Of a stretch of 64,000 nucleotides of DNA, positions 57,858-64,000 are shown piece after piece. The stretch covers positions 64,001-128,000 of the forward strand of contig CAVSGG010000007.1 of NCBI GenBank assembly GCA_963727455.1, written 5' to 3'. Position 1 is the first letter of the stretch, and each line of letters opens with the position of its first letter. The notes below the pieces were generated by a model. It was not told the origin of the DNA. It saw only the letters and a program-made list of their open reading frames with translations, and searched no databases. Origin of the DNA: Candidatus Krumholzibacteriota bacterium (GTDB lineage: Bacteria > Krumholzibacteriota > Krumholzibacteriia > JAJRXK01). The position numbers were made by a program, and so were the translations under genes.

Positions 57858-59920
57858 GGCTTGCGGGCTTTCTCTGGCTTTTCGCGCAGGAAGTAGCGGT
57901 AGTGCCACGCCTCGGGGTGGTAGCCCTTGCTCTCGGCGGTTTCGGGGGGATAGCTCAGATCGAAGCCGTAGGTTTTTGCATGAACCTTCAGCCAGTGTCC
58001 CTCTTCGGTTTGCGCGAAGGAGGGATCGACTGCGTGTTTCAGGGCGACGTCGGCGAAGTCGACGGTGGTGCCGAGTTGGTGTTCGCTGGTGCCGGGAGCC
58101 GCCACCCAACGCTGATTCTCTCCGTAGCGTTCTTGGGCACGCCGGAAGAGCTCCTGCTGACGTTCGTAGGAACGGTACGCGCTCACCACGCGCAGCTGCA
58201 CCCCGTCCTCTTTGGCCGCGTCGACCATCCGCAAGAGAGCCACGAGCGCTTCGCGGCGCAATCGCAAACCACGCCGGGAGGCTGGTGGCACCGGAATTTC
58301 CTGAAGCTCGTCGGGGACGAAATTCGCAGGGAGTGGGTGGCTCTGATCCACCGTGATCCGCGCCCCGGTGGAATCTGCGCTCGGCGTGCTTTTCTTCGAC
58401 ACTGCGCTGCTGTCGGGCGCCGTACGAGTTTGCAGAATCAACGCGCCCTGAAATTCCTCTGCCAGTACGCGGCAGCTGTCCAAGAACGCACTCCACTCTG
58501 GCCCCTTCGCCCAGCGCGAAGCTCTTCCCTCGCCGAGGGCGATGATCCGCGCCTCGCGCAACGGTTCCCGTTGCTGCAGCTGGCGCAGGACATCGGGAGT
58601 CTCGGGCAGGAAGACACAGGTGCGGCGCGCTTCAAAGGCGAGCACCGAGCTGTCGCAAAAGAACGGCGAGCCCGGCACGCCCGCATCCTGAAGCTCGCGT
58701 ACGATCTTCGCGTCGGGATGGCGCACGGTGAGCGGCCAGATGCGCGCGTCGGTAAACAGGGTGGCGCTGGCTCGAGGGGGCACGAGCCAGGGGCCGAAGA
58801 TCGCGAGCAGGCCGACGCAGAGGACGACCGCCGCCTGGAAGCTCTGCGCGAGCCGCGCCATGCCGCGGCCCACCCACAGGCACGCTACCGGAAGCAAAGG
58901 GAGCAGAGGACGGAATTCGGAGCTCCAGGGGGCGAGGATCGCAAAGACCGCGATTCCCAGGCATGCGTCCCACAGAGCGAGGCGAATGTGTTGCTTCGCT
59001 CCCCAGAGGGCCAGGACCACCAGAGGCCAGCTCAGCCAATGATTGAACTGCAAGAGGTGCATCTTGAGATGATGCAGGCCCAGCCGCAGCACCTCGCCGC
59101 CTCGTTCGGCGAGAACCTGTCCGGTGGGAATGGGAACGAGCCCGCGATAGGCGCCCAGCCCCCCCGGCGCGTCCAGATTGCGCGCTAGCTCCGCATAGGA
59201 CTGTATGAGTCCCAGGGGGTTACCGGTCGTCAACCAAACGTGAAGGTACCAGGGTCCAGCGCTGAGGGCGGCGCCGGTAAGGACGAGAAGACCACCGCGA
59301 TCGTAACGACCCCCTCGCGCGAAGAAGGCCGCGGCGGCCATGAGCCAACCCGTGGGGTGCAAGAGCGGCAAGAGTCCGTACAAGCACCCGCAGGCAAGAT
59401 GGGCCCACGCCCCCCTGCCCTTGGGCTTGAAATTCCACAGGATGAGGACGATCAGGCCCATCGCGATTTCGGGTCCTGCTTCGGCGACGATTCTCCAGGT
59501 GGTGAACGAAGACATGAATGCGAGCGCGGCGAAGCCGCCGGCCAGTTTCCCGAAAGGATCGAGCGCCGCGCCGAAGAACCACAGGAGGAGCGCGGTGAGG
59601 ATGGCGGAAACGAGCACCCCACTTTGCGCTCCCAATCCGAAATGAACTCCCGGGATCAAAAGGATGGGCCACAGCGGCGGGCGCGTGAGATTCGAAGGCG
59701 GCCAAGTTTCGTGGCCGGGAAAGCTCATTCTCAAGGGATAGACGATGAGCGTGGAGAGCTGGTGCCCTTGGGTGAATTGATAGGCTCTTCCCGCGTAGTC
59801 GTAGCGGTCGGAATTTGGGGCGCGCCAAACCATCAGCGCGTAAATGCTGGAGAAGATCAGCAGCGCGACCGCCAGGCCCCAGAAGAGCTGTGCGAGGCGA
59901 TCGGTGCGTTCAGGCGTCAT
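57854..59920 (-). CDS. Fusion of a GT-C (ArnT/PMT-like) membrane domain and an M15B D-Ala-D-Ala carboxypeptidase (VanY-like)
   Basis: Multi-TM region with SDRYDY and RPPLWP; C-terminal VVSAYRSYERQ, APGTSEHQLGTTVD, YGF..YP, EAWHYRY. Confidence 0.8.
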   Translation of the reverse strand: MTPERTDRLAQLFWGLAVALLIFSSIYALMVWRAPNSDRYDYAGRAYQFTQGHQLSTLIVYPLRMSFPGHETWPPSNLTRPPLWPILLIPGVHFGLGAQSGVLVSAILTALLLWFFGAALDPFGKLAGGFAALAFMSSFTTWRIVAEAGPEIAMGLIVLILWNFKPKGRGAWAHLACGCLYGLLPLLHPTGWLMAAAAFFARGGRYDRGGLLVLTGAALSAGPWYLHVWLTTGNPLGLIQSYAELARNLDAPGGLGAYRGLVPIPTGQVLAERGGEVLRLGLHHLKMHLLQFNHWLSWPLVVLALWGAKQHIRLALWDACLGIAVFAILAPWSSEFRPLLPLLPVACLWVGRGMARLAQSFQAAVVLCVGLLAIFGPWLVPPRASATLFTDARIWPLTVRHPDAKIVRELQDAGVPGSPFFCDSSVLAFEARRTCVFLPETPDVLRQLQQREPLREARIIALGEGRASRWAKGPEWSAFLDSCRVLAEEFQGALILQTRTAPDSSAVSKKSTPSADSTGARITVDQSHPLPANFVPDELQEIPVPPASRRGLRLRREALVALLRMVDAAKEDGVQLRVVSAYRSYERQQELFRRAQERYGENQRWVAAPGTSEHQLGTTVDFADVALKHAVDPSFAQTEEGHWLKVHAKTYGFDLSYPPETAESKGYHPEAWHYRYFLREKPEKARKP

Positions 59921-60518
59921 GGCGGGAGCCCGGCGCCTCCAGAGCTTCACCGCTCTTGCAGAGGGGACACTGCTTCGCTTGGAAGGTACGAACCTCTTCT
60001 CTGAGCAGGCAGTGTACGGCGAGATCGAGTTTCACCGTCTCCTCGCGCCGGTCCACGATGACCGCGATGGACTTGACGGTTCCCTCGCAACTCTCCACCA
60101 GGGTTCGCATCTCCTGTAGCGAAGTCCCGCGGGTGAGAACGTCGTCTACCAGCAGCGCGGATTCCCCTTTGCGCACGGTGAATCCTCGTCGCAGCTGCAG
60201 CTGTCCCTCTTTGCGCTCGCAAAAGACGTGTCGCCGACCCAGCGCGCGCGCCACTTCGTGACCAATGAGGATTCCTCCGACCGCCGGTGACAGAACCAAA
60301 TCGATCTCCAACTCATTGCACTTCTCGGCCAGGAGTCTTCCGAGTTCCTTGGCCAGATCCGGATACTGAAGGACCTTGGCGCATTGGAAGTAGCGGTCGC
60401 TGTGCAGCCCGCTACTCAGCTTGAAGTGCCCCTGCAGGATCGCACCCAACTCGACCAGACGATCGTGCACCTCGTCTGGCTTGAGATGTTGCTGGAAGGC
60501 AGAAGTTTCCGCGCTCAC
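59910..60518 (-). CDS. pyrE: Orotate phosphoribosyltransferase
   Basis: GHFKLSSGLHSDRYFQCA, LRRGF, LLVDDVLTRGTS. Confidence 0.95.
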   Translation of the reverse strand: MSAETSAFQQHLKPDEVHDRLVELGAILQGHFKLSSGLHSDRYFQCAKVLQYPDLAKELGRLLAEKCNELEIDLVLSPAVGGILIGHEVARALGRRHVFCERKEGQLQLRRGFTVRKGESALLVDDVLTRGTSLQEMRTLVESCEGTVKSIAVIVDRREETVKLDLAVHCLLREEVRTFQAKQCPLCKSGEALEAPGSRHDA

Positions 60519-60581
60519 TCCCCATCCTCCTGAAGCTCGTGTCCGGATTCGAACTGGTGGGCCGAAGTGACTTTCCGCAGC

Positions 60582-61337
60582 CTACAACGCGCCGCGCATC
60601 TCGTCCAGAATGTCGAGCAGCGCGCGCTGCGGATCCTCAGAGCGCGTGATGGGACGACCGATCACCAGGAAGTCCGCACCGCGTCGCAGCGCCTCGGCCG
60701 GAGTGGCCACGCGGCTCTGGTCTCCTCGTTCGCTTCCCCGGGGCCGGATACCGGGTATCACCAGCAGGGGCTCTTCTCCCAGTGCTTCGCGCAGGGGCTG
60801 GATCTCCTCGGCCGAGGCGACGAGTCCGGTCGCGCCGGCCCGCAAGGATTCGCGGGCCAGGCGCAGTACCAACTGGCTGCCGCTCTGCCGTGAGTCCAAG
60901 AGGAAGGGCAATTCGTCGGCGGCGAAACTGGTGAGGACGGTCACCGCAAGGACCGCAGGCGGAAGCGATCCCGCCGGCGCCCCGGGCAGCGCTTCGGATG
61001 CCGCCTCCACCGCGCTGCGTACTCCGGCGCCGGCGGAGGCGTGCACGGTACAAAAGCGAGCTCCCAGCTCGCGCGCACTGCGGATGCCCCCGGCCATGGT
61101 GTTGGGAATGTCGTGAAACTTCAGGTCCAGGAACACGGCGAGCTCGCGCTCTACCAGTTCTCGAACCACACCGGGACCGGCTGCGGTGAAGAGTTGCAAG
61201 CCCACTTTCACCCATTTGAGCCGGGGAGTGAGTTGCTCGACCAGGCGCAAGGCCTCCGAGCGGCTCGAGGTGTCCAGGGCCAGGATGAGCCGAGCCTCCG
61301 GCTCTTTTTCCCGATAAGCATTCGGATCGAGCCGCAT
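60582..61337 (-). CDS. pyrF: Orotidine-5'-phosphate decarboxylase
   Basis: LILALD, VKVG, FLDLKFHDIPNT, VTVLTS, PGIRP..DQ.RV.TP, VIGRPI. Confidence 0.96.
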   Translation of the reverse strand: MRLDPNAYREKEPEARLILALDTSSRSEALRLVEQLTPRLKWVKVGLQLFTAAGPGVVRELVERELAVFLDLKFHDIPNTMAGGIRSARELGARFCTVHASAGAGVRSAVEAASEALPGAPAGSLPPAVLAVTVLTSFAADELPFLLDSRQSGSQLVLRLARESLRAGATGLVASAEEIQPLREALGEEPLLVIPGIRPRGSERGDQSRVATPAEALRRGADFLVIGRPITRSEDPQRALLDILDEMRGAL

Positions 61338-61467
61338 ACCTGAGCCCTTCTGTTCGATGATCCCTTGCTTGGGCGGGCCGCCCTCGGCTAGCTTGGTGCG
61401 CGAAGTGGATGCCAGGGGTTTTCATACCCCAGCTCCAAGCGCAACGCAAGCAATCGGGAGACTCATC

Positions 61468-62730
61468 GTGCTCGACCGCCGCTTCATCCGCGAACACGAA
61501 GCCGAAGTACGTCAGGGAATCATTGACAAGAATGAGTCCGCCAAGCTGGATGATTTCCTCTCCGCCGACCGCCGCCGGCGCGAGCTTCTGGTGGAAGTGG
61601 AGGCGCTGAGAGCCCGGCGCAACCAGGCCTCGCAGGAGATCGGAGAGGCCAAGAAGAGCGGGCAGGACGCCAGGGAGGCAATCGCCTCCATGAAGAAGGT
61701 CTCAGACGAGATCAAAGCGGGAGAGGGACGGCTCGTCGAACTCGACGAAGAACTCTCGAGGCTCGAGCTGAGCATTCCGAATCTTCCCGATCCCGACGTA
61801 CCGCGCGGCACCGAAGAAGCGAACGAGGTAATTCGCAGTTGGGGAGAGCCGAAAGCTCTGGACTACGCCAAGCCGCACTGGGAGACGGGGGAGCGTCTGG
61901 GCTTGCTGGATCTTGAGGCTGCGGCGCGCATGAGCGGCAGCGGATTTTTTCTTTTGAAGGGGGCCGGCGCCCGGCTTGAACGCGCGCTGATCAACTGGTT
62001 TCTCGACGTGCATCTGGAGCAGGGTTATCAGGAAATCAATGCGCCGTATCTGGTTCGCGACCACGCGGTGCGGGGCACGGGCCAGCTGCCGAAGTTGGCC
62101 GACGACATGTACCAGACCACCGAGGACGGGCTGTGGCTCATTCCCACCGCCGAAGTTTCGGTGACTAACATCCATCGCGAGAGCATTCTCGCCCCCGACG
62201 ACCTGCCGCGCCGCTATGTTTCGTTCAGCCCCTGCTTTCGCCGCGAGGCGGGCAGCGCGGGCAAGGACACTCGTGGCATGTTGCGCGTCCATCAATTTCA
62301 CAAGGTGGAGATGGTTCGTTTTTGCCGCCCGGAGGATAGCGAACGCGAACTGGAAGAGCTGGTCATCAACGCGACGGATCTCCTGGAGGGTCTGCAGCTG
62401 CCCTATCGGGTGGTGAAGCTCGCCACCGCGGACCTCTCCTTCGCGGCCGCCAAGTGCTACGATCTCGAAGTCTACTCCCCGGGCGTGGACGCCTGGCTCG
62501 AGGTGAGCTCATGCAGCAATTTCCGCGATTTCCAGGCGCGGCGGGCGCAGATTCGCTGGCGGCGGGCGAAGGGGGAGAAGCCCATCTTCGTGCACACGCT
62601 GAACGGAAGCGGACTCGCGCTTCCTCGCGTTCTCGTCGCAATCATGGAGAACTATCTCACGGGCACGGGCAAGATCCGTGTCCCTGAGGTTCTGCGACCC
62701 TATATGGGGGGCGTGGAATACATCGGCTGA
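61468..62730 (+). CDS. serS: Serine--tRNA ligase
   Basis: MLDRRFIR, IPNLP, LIPTAEV, FRREAGSAGKDTRG..RVHQF.KVE, EVSSCSN, HTLNGSGLA. Confidence 0.97.
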   Translation: MLDRRFIREHEAEVRQGIIDKNESAKLDDFLSADRRRRELLVEVEALRARRNQASQEIGEAKKSGQDAREAIASMKKVSDEIKAGEGRLVELDEELSRLELSIPNLPDPDVPRGTEEANEVIRSWGEPKALDYAKPHWETGERLGLLDLEAAARMSGSGFFLLKGAGARLERALINWFLDVHLEQGYQEINAPYLVRDHAVRGTGQLPKLADDMYQTTEDGLWLIPTAEVSVTNIHRESILAPDDLPRRYVSFSPCFRREAGSAGKDTRGMLRVHQFHKVEMVRFCRPEDSERELEELVINATDLLEGLQLPYRVVKLATADLSFAAAKCYDLEVYSPGVDAWLEVSSCSNFRDFQARRAQIRWRRAKGEKPIFVHTLNGSGLALPRVLVAIMENYLTGTGKIRVPEVLRPYMGGVEYIG

Positions 62731-62746
62731 ACGGGGCTTGAGAGCC

Positions 62747-64000
62747 ATGCCATCCGCGGTCTTGCGAGGTCCCACGGTGAGGGCGCTCCTCAAGAGCTAC
62801 TTGCTCTTGGGTCTCGCGCTCATCGTCCTGGCGATCGTGGTCTTCTCCCTCAATCTCAACCGGGCAGTGGAGCGCCAGGCGGGACTGACGACGCGCCTGT
62901 TGGCGGACCTCGCCGCCGAGCGGCTGCTCTCGGAGAATCCCAATCAGCTCCGCGACCTGCGCGAGGCCATGGATGAGCTCTCCGTACCGGTCATCATGAC
63001 CGACGCAGCCGGTCTGCCGGTGTTTTGGAACGCGAGCCAGGTCGGCATCGCGCTTCCGGACAACCCCGATGCCTTCAAGAACGAGAATCCTCAAAACCCC
63101 CATGACCCGGTTCTGAAGAAGTTGCTGGAGAAGGTGACGGAATTCGACCATCACCGTGCGCCGCTGAACGTGAGTGATCCCGAGGGCGGAACCATCTTCT
63201 ATCTGCACTACGGCGAGAACGAACTCACGCGACGACTCACGATCATGCCCCTGCTCGAAGCGGCTCTCATCGTGGCCTTCATGGGAGTGGCCTTGGTCGC
63301 CTTCCGCAATCTCAAACGCAGTGAGGAGCGCAGCCTCTGGGTGGGGATGGCCAAGGAGACCGCTCACCAGATGGGGACGCCACTCACCAGTATGAGCGGG
63401 TGGCTCGCTCTCTTGAGCGAGGAGACGGCGGAGGGCAAGGAACACGCTGGCGAACCCGCTTCGAAGGTGGATCGCCATCAGGTACTCAAGGAACTCGAGC
63501 GCGATCATGCGAGACTCGCCAAGGTCTCGGACCGCTTCTCCCAAATCGGCAGTCGCCCCAAGCTCGTGTCGGCGCGCGTAGATCAACTCGTGGAAAACGC
63601 GTGCGCGTATTTTCGCCGCCGATTGCCTCATCTCAAGAGTCACGTGGAGATCAGCAGTTCCATCGAGGAGACTCCGCTCGCGCCGGTCAATCCCGAGCTC
63701 TTGGAGTGGGCCCTGGAGAATCTCATCAAGAATGCTCTGGACGCCATCGACAAGGAACAGGGTCTGGTGAAGGTTGCCTGCCGTTACGACGCGGAGGACA
63801 TGGAAGTGGTGATCTCGGTCACCGACAACGGGAAGGGCATGACACCGGCGGTGCAGCGCCGGGTCTTCGCGCCGGGATTTTCGACGCGGGAAGGCGGTTG
63901 GGGTCTGGGGCTGGTGCTCGTGAAGCGAATTGTGGACGAGTATCACGGGGGCAGCGTCGACGTGGCCTGGACCGAGCCGGGCCAAGGCAGCACCCTGCGC
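62747..64000 (+). CDS. Membrane sensor histidine kinase (runs off the window edge)
   Basis: Manual translation: two TM segments, WVGMAKETAHQMGTPLTS (H box), ENLIKNALDA, DNGKGM, GFSTREGGWGLGL. Confidence 0.92.
   Translation, partial: MPSAVLRGPTVRALLKSYLLLGLALIVLAIVVFSLNLNRAVERQAGLTTRLLADLAAERLLSENPNQLRDLREAMDELSVPVIMTDAAGLPVFWNASQVGIALPDNPDAFKNENPQNPHDPVLKKLLEKVTEFDHHRAPLNVSDPEGGTIFYLHYGENELTRRLTIMPLLEAALIVAFMGVALVAFRNLKRSEERSLWVGMAKETAHQMGTPLTSMSGWLALLSEETAEGKEHAGEPASKVDRHQVLKELERDHARLAKVSDRFSQIGSRPKLVSARVDQLVENACAYFRRRLPHLKSHVEISSSIEETPLAPVNPELLEWALENLIKNALDAIDKEQGLVKVACRYDAEDMEVVISVTDNGKGMTPAVQRRVFAPGFSTREGGWGLGLVLVKRIVDEYHGGSVDVAWTEPGQGSTLR

Noticed and set aside
60545-60554. GTTCGAATCC (tRNA T-loop-like) on the minus strand between pyrF and pyrE
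   Set aside because: The gap is only about 63 nt, the T-stem is imperfect, there are no D or anticodon arms, and the region holds the pyrE RBS.

Overview
GC-rich chromosomal window from a diderm bacterium. By inference it belongs to an FCB-related candidate phylum such as Krumholzibacteriota, Latescibacterota or Eisenbacteria: it has T9SS-like CTD/PorP-type genes, a C-terminal SWGRVKSLF motif and a Bacteroidota-type histidine kinase. Most of it is housekeeping: metG (partial), dsbD/redoxin, rlmB, apbC, rsgA, hup, ltaE, trkAH, nitrilase+nadE, rsmI, tmk, ctpA, an ABC exporter, a 3-methyladenine glycosylase, an M16 peptidase pair, pyrFE, serS and a partial histidine kinase. I found no rRNA, tRNA, CRISPR array or mobile element. 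The most striking block is a five-gene operon at 14.8-25.7 kb that looks like an extracellular nucleic-acid capture and utilisation system. It encodes a secreted protein with 5 Ig and 8 OB-fold domains plus a T9SS type-B/FlgD-like CTD, a PorP/SprF-like barrel, a double ComEA-HhH outer-membrane barrel, a FadL/PorV-like barrel and a 5'-nucleotidase. Other notable items: a candidate stand-alone structured sRNA with its own promoter and terminator, a GT-C/VanY fusion next to a degenerate NPP-like protein, a single-domain Clp ATPase with an IGF loop, a WGxxK-tailed secreted protein, two sigma54 promoters and a permease gene with four frameshifts. All calls come from reading motifs by eye; no database searches were run.
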